DNA of 64,000 bases from Akkermansiaceae bacterium (lineage in GTDB: Bacteria; Verrucomicrobiota; Verrucomicrobiia; Verrucomicrobiales; Akkermansiaceae): the NCBI GenBank assembly GCA_905182475.1, contig CAJJBR010000044.1, positions 1,645-65,644 of the forward strand. The letters run 5' to 3'. Of the stretch, positions 29,374-39,247 are shown in pieces. A program made the translations under genes and the position numbers. How positions within the stretch are numbered: position 1 is the first letter of the stretch; each line of letters begins with the position of its first letter. The notes below the pieces were generated by a model. That model saw nothing but the letters and a program-made list of their open reading frames with translations. It did no database searches and was not told the DNA's origin.

Positions 29374-29404
29374 GAAACTTTAAATTTTAAACTATAAACC
29401 TCAA
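29374..29404. repeat. 31-nt AT-rich motif, copy 2 (gaaactttaaattttaaactataaacctcaa)
   Basis: Fills the whole 27-nt spacer between the sixA stop and the aroC start. 29 of 31 nt identical to 20786-20816. Confidence 0.8.
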
Positions 29405-29883
29405 TCTAGGTGCTTTGCTAGCTTGTGAGGCAGCAGGAAACGGAGGGTGGCTCGGCGGGACGGGGGGCTAATTTCGAGACACGTGACCGATCCCTTGCGA
29501 ACTTCGATGGCCTCGCCGACCGTGCCAAGCGCATACTGGATGAAATGAGCAAAATCTGGTTCGTGCCCTACGATCATAATCCTCTCGAAATCCGGATAAG
29601 CAACGAGTTCTTCGAGCGCCGTTTCCGGAGCCATGCCGCATGCGAGCCAGGATTGGACGATGGCACCAGGCATGGCGGCCTCTTCAGTAAAAGCATCTGC
29701 TGTCTGTCTCGCACGGACAAGCGGACTGCAAAGAACCAGATCAGGAAGGCTGCTTGCGGAGCGAAGGATGCGGGCTGCGTGGCGAGCCTGCTCCACACCC
29801 TTTTTCACGAGAGCGCGCGAAAAATCACCACCGTCAGGACTGTGATTTTCGGCCTGGCCGTGGCGGAGCAAGAGCAATTCCAT
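29401..29883 (-). CDS. sixA: phosphohistidine phosphatase SixA
   Basis: 160-aa ORF with MELLLLRHGQAE (RHG catalytic motif) and a histidine phosphatase fold pattern ..IVGHEP. Confidence 0.8.
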   Translation of the reverse strand: MELLLLRHGQAENHSPDGGDFSRALVKKGVEQARHAARILRSASSLPDLVLCSPLVRARQTADAFTEEAAMPGAIVQSWLACGMAPETALEELVAYPDFERIMIVGHEPDFAHFIQYALGTVGEAIEVRKGSVTCLEISPPSRRATLRFLLPHKLAKHLD

Positions 29884-29979
29884 TGTGGGATACGATACGA
29901 GTATTACGGGAGATGGGAAAGGCCAGATTTCCAGTCTTTCAGGCTATGCTAGACAACCAGCGCCGACGCAGCTGGAATG

Positions 29980-30723
29980 TTACATCGTCATGCCGCCATC
30001 GACTGCCAGAACCTGACCAGTGATGTAGCGTGCTGCCGGGCTAGCAAGGAATGTGACGGTTTCCGCGATGTCGGAGGTGTTGCCGAAGGATGCGAGCGGG
30101 ATTTTCCCTATGATCGCTTCCTTCACGTTGTCCGGGAGCTCTCCGGTCATATCTGTGGTGATAAAACCAGGGGCGATGGCGTTGCAGGTGACTGCGCGGC
30201 CTGCGAGTTCGCGGGCTATCGCTTTGGTGAAACCGATCAGGCCGGCCTTGCTAGCGGAGTAGTTCGCTTGCCCCGCGTTTCCGATCAGGCCGATGACTGA
30301 GGCAATATTGATGATGCGCGAGTTCTCGCCTTTCATGAGCGGGCGCATGAAGGCTTTTACAGTATTGAAAGCTCCTTTGAGATTGGTATCGAGGACGGTG
30401 TCCCAGTCTTCCTCTTTCATCCGCATGAGCAGGCCGTCGCGGGTAACCCCGGCGTTGTTAACCAGAATGTTTACCGCTCCGAGTTCGGCTGCAATTTTTT
30501 TCGCGACATCTTGGACTGCGTCGTGGTTCGCGATATCGATCGCGTATGCCGTGGAAGAGCCGGGAAATGTCTTGTTGATGTCCTCAGCAGCCGAGCCACA
30601 GCTCGATTCGCTGCGTGAGATGAGAGCTACTTTTGCGCCCTGTGAGGCGAAAGCCCGGGCGATTTCCTGACCGATGCCCCTGCCGGCTCCGGTGACTACT
30701 ACGATCTTGTCTTTGAATTGCAT
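29980..30723 (-). CDS. fabG: 3-oxoacyl-ACP reductase (SDR)
   Basis: 247-aa ORF with VVTGAGRGIG, NNAG, YSASKAG and a C-terminal GQVLAVDGGMTM. Confidence 0.9.
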   Translation of the reverse strand: MQFKDKIVVVTGAGRGIGQEIARAFASQGAKVALISRSESSCGSAAEDINKTFPGSSTAYAIDIANHDAVQDVAKKIAAELGAVNILVNNAGVTRDGLLMRMKEEDWDTVLDTNLKGAFNTVKAFMRPLMKGENSRIINIASVIGLIGNAGQANYSASKAGLIGFTKAIARELAGRAVTCNAIAPGFITTDMTGELPDNVKEAIIGKIPLASFGNTSDIAETVTFLASPAARYITGQVLAVDGGMTM

Positions 30724-30742
30724 GGTTCTGTGAAAATTAAAT

Positions 30743-32290
30743 TTACGCGCCTATGGTCGCTGCGAGGAGCTTTCCGAATTGTTCGAGCGCGGTCGAGTAT
30801 TTCCCTGCGAGTGCTGGATTTGGTTGAAGAAGGGAATCCGGTGCTGGCTTACAGAATATTTTCTGCAGAGCTTCCAGATCGTTTCCACCGACAGTGGCGG
30901 CGATGAGTGCGGTACCCAGCGCGGCGGAGTTTGCTACATCAAGCCTCTCGACTGGCGCTTGAAAAACATCTGCTACAAGCTGAGCGATTCCATCATTTTT
31001 CGAGGCTCCGCCGGTGAGGCGGATGCGGTCGGTGGTGACGCCCATCCAGGCAGAGTGGAGCTTCATGTTGAGAAACTGCCCTTCGAGAAGGGATCGAATG
31101 CGGAGAGCCGGGGTGGGTTCTTCGATGAACTCGGTCACCGGGCTTCCAAAATCGTGGCGGGGGGTGATTTCAGCCCCGTAGAATGGCAGGGTGAGGTTTT
31201 TTCCAGCGGAGAGTTCGGTGAGCTGCAAGGCTCCTTTTTCAAACGCACTCCAATCGACCCCGAGCTCATCGCGGATCGCTTCACGTGCAAGCGATCCGTT
31301 GCGGAAACAAATCAGGGACATGAAACCGCCAGCTGGATTCCCGAACACGTGTCCGAAGCCCTGCGGATCGGTCTTCGCATCCGGCATCGCGGCGAAAAAG
31401 GTATCGCTGGTGCCGAGGGAAATAACCACCTGACCCGGTGTTGTCGCGCCCATTCCAACGAGGGAAGCGGGGTTATCTCCGGTAAACGGGCAGACTTTGC
31501 AACTACTAGGCACGCCGTATTTTTCCGTAAAATATGCAGATACGGTTCCCTGCTGTTCAAGACAGGAGGCGGGAGGAAGTAGTTTGTTACCAAGATCCGG
31601 CGCAGTTGCTTCGAGCAGGTCGGTATCCCATGCGAGATCCGCAAGGTTTAGGAGATTCATTCCTGCGCCATCCCCGTAGTCGATGGGAAGGGATTTCCCA
31701 GCGAGAACTGAGGCGATGAATGAGCTGACTAGATGGATACGTGTGGTGGCACTGTAGGCCTCGCCGTCCTGCTTTGAAAACCGCCGGATCTGCGGCCCGG
31801 TAAATCGCTCGATGGCGACCGAACCAGAACGGGCACAGACTTCGGACGAACCGCCGAGCGCTGCCGTAATTTCCGCACATTCCTCACCTGTGGACGTATC
31901 CATCCAGATCGGTGAGGTGTTCCTTGTGAGTTCAGGGGAAAGCTGCTCCACCAGGCCTTTTCCCGCATCGAGCTTTGAAAGCGCAGCATCAAATCCCGCG
32001 CCGAGATAAACGGATCCATGCTGCTGCCCGGAACCCGCGATGATTTGAATCTGGGAAAGATCGGCTTCTTTCGAAAGCTTGTTGAAAAGAAGATCCAGAG
32101 CTTCCAGCCACATCAGTGGATTGGCATGGACTTCACCGTCTTTTCCCCCGGGGATGAATCCACTGGGGGATCCGTATTGCGGAAGATCATTTCCGAAATT
32201 TACCGAATGGCTAGCCAGGATTTCTCCCGACGCGGGATCGAGAATTACGGCACTGAGGGATTGAGTAGAGGAATCGAGTCCGAGGAACAT
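30743..32290 (-). CDS. xylB: FGGY-family carbohydrate kinase, xylulokinase-like
   Basis: 515-aa ORF with MFLGLDSSTQSLSAVILD, GSGQQHGSVYL and C-terminal GGASKN. The exact sugar specificity is not inferable. Confidence 0.7.
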   Translation of the reverse strand: MFLGLDSSTQSLSAVILDPASGEILASHSVNFGNDLPQYGSPSGFIPGGKDGEVHANPLMWLEALDLLFNKLSKEADLSQIQIIAGSGQQHGSVYLGAGFDAALSKLDAGKGLVEQLSPELTRNTSPIWMDTSTGEECAEITAALGGSSEVCARSGSVAIERFTGPQIRRFSKQDGEAYSATTRIHLVSSFIASVLAGKSLPIDYGDGAGMNLLNLADLAWDTDLLEATAPDLGNKLLPPASCLEQQGTVSAYFTEKYGVPSSCKVCPFTGDNPASLVGMGATTPGQVVISLGTSDTFFAAMPDAKTDPQGFGHVFGNPAGGFMSLICFRNGSLAREAIRDELGVDWSAFEKGALQLTELSAGKNLTLPFYGAEITPRHDFGSPVTEFIEEPTPALRIRSLLEGQFLNMKLHSAWMGVTTDRIRLTGGASKNDGIAQLVADVFQAPVERLDVANSAALGTALIAATVGGNDLEALQKIFCKPAPDSLLQPNPALAGKYSTALEQFGKLLAATIGA

Positions 32291-32331
32291 TCCCGGAGTT
32301 TTGAGCCAATCTCAGGAGGTTCAAGCATGAA

Positions 32332-32368
32332 ACAAAAAAAAGAGCGGCTGCCGAAGCAACCGCTCTTA
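32332..32368 (-). terminator. rho-independent terminator after the porin gene
   Basis: On the minus strand: agagcggttgc ttcg gcagccgctct followed by T8. Confidence 0.8.
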
Positions 32369-32393
32369 AGATAATCAGTTCGTAAACTTCAGA

Positions 32394-33116
32394 TTAGAAG
32401 CTGACGGAAAGCATGGTACCAGCGATGAACTCGTTGCCGGTGTTCTGGTAAGCGGTGTCATTGTCGTCACCAGTACTCCATGTATGAGCAACGAAAGGCG
32501 AGAGCGTCGCAGTTTCGGTGAATGCCCAGTCAAGTGCGACCCTGGCAGTGATGTGTCCGAGTTGACCTTGCTCTGCGAGGTAACCGAAAGCGGCTCCAGT
32601 GTTGAGCGTGAGGCAAGGGCTAAGTTCGAAGCCTTTGCTAAGTCCGAGCTCCAAGTAGCCGTCGTTATCAGTTTCGATGTCCGCGAAGTAGGTCAGGGAA
32701 GCATCGATGCCGAAGAACTCACGTGACAAGGAGAAGTAAACTTCTTGAGCGTCATCACCAAGATTGCTGTCATTCATGTAGTAGATGTATCCAACGCCAA
32801 AGGTTGCGAAACCCAAGTCCTTGGAGACCTCACCGTAGATGTCCAGCTCCTCAAGCTGAACCTGACCTGCTGGTGCAGCAGCAGAAGAATTCGAGAAGGA
32901 GCCATACCAAGCGCCAGCGCTTAAGCCGAGGCCGTTCCATTCTGTTGCCATATCGACTCCGACTTCAACCAGATCATCTCCTTGCTCTACACCACGGAAG
33001 ATGTATTCGCTGGAGTATCCTGCGTGGATTTCGTATTCGACTTCAGCCAAGGCGGTGCCAGCCACGAGAGCGGTAGCAGTGGCGATGGCGCCAATTGTTT
33101 TGCAGTAGTTTTGCAT
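32394..33116 (-). CDS. outer-membrane beta-barrel protein (TorF/Gcw_chp-like putative porin)
   Basis: Preferred start ATG 33116 (MQNYCKTIGAIATATALVAGTALA signal peptide). Alternating beta-strand pattern and terminal ..MLSVSF. Divergent from amt. Confidence 0.6.
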   Translation of the reverse strand: MQNYCKTIGAIATATALVAGTALAEVEYEIHAGYSSEYIFRGVEQGDDLVEVGVDMATEWNGLGLSAGAWYGSFSNSSAAAPAGQVQLEELDIYGEVSKDLGFATFGVGYIYYMNDSNLGDDAQEVYFSLSREFFGIDASLTYFADIETDNDGYLELGLSKGFELSPCLTLNTGAAFGYLAEQGQLGHITARVALDWAFTETATLSPFVAHTWSTGDDNDTAYQNTGNEFIAGTMLSVSF

Positions 33117-33415
33117 AGTGTTGTTGTTAGTTTTGGTTGCTGGTAGCATCCTTGACGAAACCGAATCGGCTCAGAAAAGGGGTGTTTGTTTGGTGACGTG
33201 CCGCATACCAGATTTTATGCTGGGGCGTCCCGTCGGGCTTTATTTAACAAAACCTAAGGAACTGTCCAGCCTAAATTTGGCGCACGGCATTTCTCCGCAC
33301 GGCGTTGGTTTATGAATACCGGACATGTGAAGCAAGATAAATTTTTTAAATCGTCTCGATTAAACTGAAGCAGACATAGCGGGATGGAGTGCGCCAGAGA
33401 ACTGTTTAAAAAATT

Positions 33416-33431
33416 TGGCACGGGGTTTGCT
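33416..33431 (+). promoter_or_regulatory. sigma-54 (-24/-12) promoter upstream of amt
   Basis: TGGCACggggtTTGCT matches TGGCAC-N5-TTGC exactly, with the GG and GC 12 nt apart. It lies 77 nt upstream of the amt ATG at 33508. Confidence 0.8.
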
Positions 33432-33507
33432 TTTGGGAGCCGTGCTGCTCCCACGGAGAACTATCTCCATGGGTTAGGCAGCTGAATATCCGACAACCCC
33501 GACCAAT

Positions 33508-35001
33508 ATGACCAGACGACAACCAATGACATTGCGAGCCCTCGCCCTTGCGGCAGCCGCTTGCTTCGCAGTTCCCCTCATGCCCCTGACTAGTTTTAGT
33601 CAGGAGGAAGAGGCGGCCCCAGCGCCAACCGAAGAGGTGGCAGAAACCCCAGCTGCAGCCGTAGAGCCAGCACCTGAAGAGGCCGCAAACGAGCCTAGCG
33701 AATATCAGGCGCTCGTCGATGACTACAATGCGGTGGACGACGACGGTAATCCTGTTGATGTCTCCGAAGCTTTCGACTTCTTCACGGTTTCGATGCTTTG
33801 GACCGTGATCGCAGCATCCATGGTATTTATGATGCACCTTGGGTTCTCAACTCTTGAGGCCGGTCTTTGCCAGCAGAAGAACGTGGTGAACATTCTGTTC
33901 AAGAACGTCTTTATCATCTGCATCGGACTACTCACCTACGCGTTCGTTGGTTTCAACACCCACTATCCGGGTGAATTCAACGGCTTCTTCAGCATTGGAG
34001 GGCCAATCGGCGACCTCAATGATGCGAATGGAAAAACATGGGCATACGGTGGCCTTGGCCTCGCGATGACCGGTTACGGTGACTTCATCTTCCAAGCCAT
34101 GTTCGCAGCTACCGCAGCGACCATCGTTTCCGGAGCAGTTGCAGAGCGCGTCAAACTCCCTAGCTTCATGATTTTCGCCACTATCCTCGTTGCTTTCGGC
34201 TATACCATCGCCGGTTCATGGCACTGGGGCGGCGGCTTCCTCAGCACCCTCGGTGGTGAGGACGGCATTGCATTCAAGGATTTCGCAGGTTCCACGGTCG
34301 TTCACGGCTTCGGTGGTGCAGCAGCACTCGCCTGCGTTCTTCTCCTCGGCGCTCGCCGCGGCAAATACACCAAGGACGGCATCAAGCCAATCCTCGGACA
34401 CAGCATGCCAATGGCTACGATCGGCGTTTTCTTACTCTTCTTCGGATGGTTCGGATTCAACGGTGGATCGGTTCTTTCCGCTAACCCGGGCCCACTCGGT
34501 CTGGTCTTCACCACTACCGCACTTGCAGCCGCAGCCGGTGGATTCACCTCGATCATCACCTCTTGGTTCGTTATCAAGAAGCCTGACCTTTCCATGGCAC
34601 TCAATGGCATCCTTGGTGGCCTAGTAAGTATCACTGCCGCAGCAGACGTTGTTTCCGTCATGGGAGCAATCATCGCTGGCGGAATCGGTGGTGTCCTCGT
34701 GGTATTCTCCATCCTGTTCTTCGACAAAATCAAGATCGACGATCCGGTTGGCGCAATCTCCGTCCACGGTGTTTGCGGTATCTGGGGAACGCTCGCTGTA
34801 GCGATCTTCGGTGAAGGATTCAGCATGGTTTCCCAAATCATCGGTATCGTATCGATTTACGGATTCGCATTCATCTTCTCCCTCATTGTCTTCGGCATCA
34901 TCAAAGCAGTGATGGGTGTGCGGGTTGACGCTCAGGAAGAAGACGAAGGCCTCGACATCGCTGAGCACGGCTCCCCTGCTTACACGAACAGCCACAGCTA
35001 A
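33508..35001 (+). CDS. amt: ammonium transporter (Amt family) with signal peptide and acidic N-terminal extension
   Basis: 497-aa ORF with DFAGSTVVHGFGG, FGWFGFNGGS and about 11 TM segments. Confidence 0.95.
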   Translation: MTRRQPMTLRALALAAAACFAVPLMPLTSFSQEEEAAPAPTEEVAETPAAAVEPAPEEAANEPSEYQALVDDYNAVDDDGNPVDVSEAFDFFTVSMLWTVIAASMVFMMHLGFSTLEAGLCQQKNVVNILFKNVFIICIGLLTYAFVGFNTHYPGEFNGFFSIGGPIGDLNDANGKTWAYGGLGLAMTGYGDFIFQAMFAATAATIVSGAVAERVKLPSFMIFATILVAFGYTIAGSWHWGGGFLSTLGGEDGIAFKDFAGSTVVHGFGGAAALACVLLLGARRGKYTKDGIKPILGHSMPMATIGVFLLFFGWFGFNGGSVLSANPGPLGLVFTTTALAAAAGGFTSIITSWFVIKKPDLSMALNGILGGLVSITAAADVVSVMGAIIAGGIGGVLVVFSILFFDKIKIDDPVGAISVHGVCGIWGTLAVAIFGEGFSMVSQIIGIVSIYGFAFIFSLIVFGIIKAVMGVRVDAQEEDEGLDIAEHGSPAYTNSHS

Positions 35002-35027
35002 ACCTTAGTTCCCAGAACTTTCACAAA

Positions 35028-35063
35028 ACGGGCGAACCTGAAAGGGTTCGCCCGTTTTCGTTT
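35028..35063 (+). terminator. rho-independent terminator after amt
   Basis: acgggcgaacc tgaaag ggttcgcccgt followed by tttcgttt. Confidence 0.8.
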
Positions 35064-35097
35064 GCGGGGGGAGCGGCTTCGGTTACTAAAGAGCACG

Positions 35098-35568
35098 ATG
35101 AAACGCCAGATGATCCGCCTGTCCCTAGCATTGCTGGCAGTAATTACCACCGCACTGGCGGCATGGGTATGGACTTCAGAATACGATTCGGATCCCGATC
35201 CAAAGGCACGCTTACAAATCGAGGGAGTCCAGCTCACCAAGGATAGGTCCAACGCCTGGCTGGAAATCCACCTGAGTAAAATCGGTGATGCCGAACACGA
35301 TCTGCGGAAAAAGGTGAGACTCGTCACGGCTGACGGCTCGGAGCATGAACCAGCCAAGAACACCTTCGCCGGAAGCCCAGAAGCTGGATTCACGGATATT
35401 TGGTTCAAGTTCTGGCTGGAGGAGGAGGATCTAGAAGGTAAAATGGATCTTCTGATCAATGATGGCAAACTCCGTATTAAGACAAACCAAGGAGCCCCAA
35501 AGTGGGATCCCGACGGGGCAGAGGTGTTCAAATCATCAGATTGGGGGAAATCATGGCTTGGCTTTTAA
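35098..35568 (+). CDS. membrane-anchored hypothetical protein
   Basis: Preferred ATG 35098 (MKRQMIRLSLALLAVITTALAAWVW). Its end overlaps the coaX start by 16 nt. Confidence 0.5.
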   Translation: MKRQMIRLSLALLAVITTALAAWVWTSEYDSDPDPKARLQIEGVQLTKDRSNAWLEIHLSKIGDAEHDLRKKVRLVTADGSEHEPAKNTFAGSPEAGFTDIWFKFWLEEEDLEGKMDLLINDGKLRIKTNQGAPKWDPDGAEVFKSSDWGKSWLGF

Positions 35569-36293
35569 TCGACAACTCGAACAACCGTACGAAGCTGGCT
35601 CTTGGTGATAAGAATAGCCTGTCCGAGTGGCGGGTGGTGACACCGACTTCGGAACTGAATTCCACTAGCTTAAAAAAGTTACTCGAAGGCGTCCGCTTCG
35701 ACGGTGTCGTTTGTGCTTCGGTAGTTCCGGAGAAAGCCAAGCTGCTCTCCGATTTCTTCAAACCAGTCTCCCCATTCCACTTTCTTACTCACAAGAGCCC
35801 CCACGGCTTAAAATTTGATCTCGATCATCCGGAACAGATTGGAAACGACAGACTCGCAAATGCTTTGGCGCTACGGGAAACACACGGAATGCCCGGGATT
35901 GCCGTGGATTTCGGGACGGCTGTGACTTTCAGCGTAGTTTCCGAGGAAGGAAATTTCTCAGGAGGAGTCATCGCACCAGGTATGGCTGCGATGACTGAAT
36001 ACCTCTCTACCAGAACCGCACAGCTCCCACAGATCGAGCTGGTGGAGCCAGCTACGGCCATAGCAAAAACTACCGTGGCCGCAATGCAATCGGGGGCAGT
36101 GATCGGCCACCGCGGCATGGTCCGGGAAATCCTCCGGGAAATGATTTCCGAGATAGGAGGCAAACCGAAAGTCATCGCCACGGGAGGAGGAGCCGCCTTC
36201 TCAGCCCCGCACATCGAAGAGATAGACATTATCGATCTGGATCTCACACTTGAAGGCCTTCGCTTGCTCGCAGGGAAGGCATTTTTTAAATAG
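35553..36293 (+). CDS. coaX: type III pantothenate kinase
   Basis: Start MAWLLIDNSNNRTKLAL. Motifs GNDRLAN, VDFGTAVTF and ATGGGA. Confidence 0.85.
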   Translation: MAWLLIDNSNNRTKLALGDKNSLSEWRVVTPTSELNSTSLKKLLEGVRFDGVVCASVVPEKAKLLSDFFKPVSPFHFLTHKSPHGLKFDLDHPEQIGNDRLANALALRETHGMPGIAVDFGTAVTFSVVSEEGNFSGGVIAPGMAAMTEYLSTRTAQLPQIELVEPATAIAKTTVAAMQSGAVIGHRGMVREILREMISEIGGKPKVIATGGGAAFSAPHIEEIDIIDLDLTLEGLRLLAGKAFFK

Positions 36294-36329
36294 ATCTTTT
36301 ACATTAGTGACACTAAGCACTGCACGGAA

Positions 36330-37271
36330 ATGAACGATATCCCCCTCGCAATCGGCATCGACTTCGGAGGCACTAGTGTAAAAATCGGTGCCGTCCGTGG
36401 CAGTGAAATCATCGACCGCGCGCCTCCGATCGCGACCCAGGATTTCAACAATCCCGAGGAACTGATCGCTGCGATGGTTCGAGCGGTGGAAGACCTCCGC
36501 AGCCGCCACGAAGGGATAATAGCCATCGGAATCGGCATGCCAGGCTTTGTGAATTTCGAAAAAGGCATCGTTTTCAATCTGACCAATGTGCGCGGTTGGG
36601 AAAACATCCCGCTTAGGGATTTGCTCTCGAAAGCGACTGGGCTTCCCGTCGCAGCAGACAACGACGCGAACTGCATGGCTTTCGCGGAATGGAAACTCGG
36701 GGCAGGGAAAGGCTATAACCACCTCGTGTGCGCCTCTCTTGGCACCGGTGTCGGCGGGGGCATCATCATGAATGGGTCGATGGCACGGGGGGCAAGGTTT
36801 GGCGCAGGTGAGATTGGCCAGACATCCATCGATTACCAGGGGCGCAGGGGTCACTATGGGAACCTCGGCGCGCTTGAAGATTATATTGGAAATCAGGAAA
36901 TCACCCGGGACGCCCTCGTAGCATACCAGGCGGCTGGAATTTCCAAAGACATCGAGGACTGCTCTCCAGCAGCACTTTCGGAAGCAGCCCGCCACGGGGA
37001 TGCCATCGCCATCGAGCGCTGGAACTTGATCGGGCGCATGCTAGCGACATCCCTAATGAACGCCTGCTGGCTTCTAAATCCCGAAGCCTTGGTCATAGGT
37101 GGCGGAGTCGCCCGCGCTGGGAATCTGGTCTTTAATCCAGTCCGCGAACACCTCCTCAAACAACTTTCCGGCCCGTTCAAACACGGTCTTGCGATACTAC
37201 CTGCCGCTTTCGGCCACGAGGCGGGAACCATCGGAGCAGCTGCTCTCGCGCTTGAAGCTGCGAAAATCTAA
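36330..37271 (+). CDS. ROK-family sugar kinase (glucokinase-like)
   Basis: 313-aa ORF with IGIDFGGTSVKIG, DNDANCMAFAEWKLGAGKG and LGTGVGGGII. Confidence 0.85.
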   Translation: MNDIPLAIGIDFGGTSVKIGAVRGSEIIDRAPPIATQDFNNPEELIAAMVRAVEDLRSRHEGIIAIGIGMPGFVNFEKGIVFNLTNVRGWENIPLRDLLSKATGLPVAADNDANCMAFAEWKLGAGKGYNHLVCASLGTGVGGGIIMNGSMARGARFGAGEIGQTSIDYQGRRGHYGNLGALEDYIGNQEITRDALVAYQAAGISKDIEDCSPAALSEAARHGDAIAIERWNLIGRMLATSLMNACWLLNPEALVIGGGVARAGNLVFNPVREHLLKQLSGPFKHGLAILPAAFGHEAGTIGAAALALEAAKI

Positions 37272-37274
37272 TCC

Positions 37275-37739
37275 TCAGCTCACTCCGGAAATTTCCAGAG
37301 GAGGAGCCTCCAGGCTTTCGCCAACCCGCAAGCCCATCAGTTTTTGATACAGCGGGCTATCCGGACTTAGGAGAGTGACTTCCTTTTTCTTGTGGATCAC
37401 TTCGAGTCCGCCGGATGAGGGAGCCAGCAGGAAATACGATACCTCGCGACTTCCCTGCCGTTTCGTTTTTACAAGGGCTCCCGCGTCGATCTCTTCATCA
37501 GCGGAGAAATCCCTCATCGTGAGATTTTCAAAAACCGCCAGCGTTTGCGCGAGTTCTTTCACATGCCGCGCCTGTCCGTTTGCGAGGTAGGACTCCTCTA
37601 AGCTTCGGGTATCATATTTGCTCTCAGCCTTCGAGCCGGGATCGGTCGCTGCCTCATGGGCAGCCCTCGCCGCTTTCGCCAAAAGCTCTAAACGCCCCCG
37701 CAGCTCCGCACGTATTGTTTCTACCAAATCGGATTTCAT
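37275..37739 (-). CDS. GreA/GreB-family-like protein
   Basis: 154-aa ORF with an N-terminal coiled coil and a C-terminal ..VTLLSPDSPLYQKLMGLRVGESL resembling the Gre C-terminal domain. Confidence 0.55.
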   Translation of the reverse strand: MKSDLVETIRAELRGRLELLAKAARAAHEAATDPGSKAESKYDTRSLEESYLANGQARHVKELAQTLAVFENLTMRDFSADEEIDAGALVKTKRQGSREVSYFLLAPSSGGLEVIHKKKEVTLLSPDSPLYQKLMGLRVGESLEAPPLEISGVS

Positions 37740-37935
37740 TTTCGGAAAAGAAATCTTGGCGTGGAAGAGGCAGATGGCAACGACCGATGCAAGACATCTA
37801 ATTTCAGTTTTCAGCTTTTCAGCATTTGCCTAGGGAACTGACTTGACCGGAACCCCGCACCTATGCAGTTTGTGCGCCCCGTCGCTGCCTTGGTGGCATC
37901 CCGGCGGAACAAACGAACTCACTAATCGATTAGGT

Positions 37936-38982
37936 ATGGCTGCGAAGATTTATACAAACAAGGACGCGAATCTCACTTCGCTGAAGAAGAAAACGCTCGC
38001 CGTGATCGGCTTTGGCTCACAAGGCCACGCTCACGCGCTAAACTTGAAAGACAGTGGACTGAAGGTCATTATCGGCCTCTACAAGAAGTCCAAGTCCCGC
38101 GAGGTTGCCCAGAAGCTTGGCTTCGAGGTAATGGATACGGCGGATGCAGTGAAAGCTGCAGATGTCATTTTCGTCGCAACTCCAGATACGGTCATTCCAG
38201 CCGTATATAACAAGGACATCGCCCCGCACCTCACCAAGGGCAAGACTCTCCTTTTCTCCCACGGCTTCGCCGTTCACTTCAAGACCATCGAGTGCCCTGC
38301 TGACGTGGACGTGATCCTCGTCGCACCAAAAGGCCCTGGCCACACCGTCCGTTCACAGTTCGTGGATGGCAAAGGCGTTCCCGGCCTCATCGCCGTGCAC
38401 CAGGACGTTTCCGGTCGCGCTAAGAAAATCGCCCTCGCATGGGCGCGTGGCATCGGCTGCACCCGTGCCGGTGTATTCGAAACCAACTTCCGCGAGGAAA
38501 CCAACACCGACCTCTTCGGTGAGCAAGTCGTCCTCTGCGGCGGTGCCTCCGCACTCGTCAAAGCGGGCTTCGAGGTTCTCGTTGAAGCCGGTTACCAGCC
38601 TGAGATGGCCTACTTCGAGTGCCTTCACGAGCTCAAGCTCATCGTTGACCTCATGAACGAGTCCGGCATCGCCGGCATGCGTTTCTCCATCTCCGAGACC
38701 GCCGAATACGGTGATGTCGCCATCGGCCCGAAGATCATCGACGCATCCGTCAAGAAGCGCATGGCCAAACAGCTCAAGGAAATCGAATCCGGAAAGTTCG
38801 CCAAAGAGTGGACAAAGGAATACGAGACCGGCTGCAAGAACTTCAACGCACTCCGCAAGCAAGGCGAGCAGCACCAGATCGAAAAAGTCGGTGCGAAACT
38901 CCGCTCCACCATGAGCTGGATCAAGCAGACCAAGATGAAGAAAGGCGCCAGCCAAGCAAGCTACGTTTCCTCTTCCAAGTAA
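37936..38982 (+). CDS. ilvC: ketol-acid reductoisomerase
   Basis: Start ATG 37936 ([13 protein letters not shown]). Motifs [19 protein letters not shown] and [17 protein letters not shown]. Confidence 0.95.
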   Translation: MAAKIYTNKDANLTSLKKKTLAVIGFGSQGHAHALNLKDSGLKVIIGLYKKSKSREVAQKLGFEVMDTADAVKAADVIFVATPDTVIPAVYNKDIAPHLTKGKTLLFSHGFAVHFKTIECPADVDVILVAPKGPGHTVRSQFVDGKGVPGLIAVHQDVSGRAKKIALAWARGIGCTRAGVFETNFREETNTDLFGEQVVLCGGASALVKAGFEVLVEAGYQPEMAYFECLHELKLIVDLMNESGIAGMRFSISETAEYGDVAIGPKIIDASVKKRMAKQLKEIESGKFAKEWTKEYETGCKNFNALRKQGEQHQIEKVGAKLRSTMSWIKQTKMKKGASQASYVSSSK

Positions 38983-38987
38983 GCGTG

Positions 38988-39022
38988 GTGGCGATCTTCG
39001 GTCGCCACTCTTGTTCTTTTTT
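38988..39022 (+). terminator. rho-independent terminator after ilvC
   Basis: gtggcga tcttcgg tcgccac followed by tcttgttctttttt. A second hairpin aacgcccgg..ccgggcgtt follows at 39024-39055. Confidence 0.8.
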
Positions 39023-39247
39023 AAACGCCCGGTCGCCGAAAGGTTGCCGGGCGTTTTCCTTTTCAACGGGTCACCATAGTTTGGGATGAAGTCAGACTAG
39101 ATCGTTATCGGCAGTGGTATGCTGCGCTGCAGAAAGGATCCGCAGTTTAGAAACTGCGACGACCTTACTAGCGAACCGCTCTTTGGCTCCGTGGCGCGTT
39201 GCAGAGGTGGTTTCTCTCACCTACGGCGGATTCACGGTGAATTTGTT

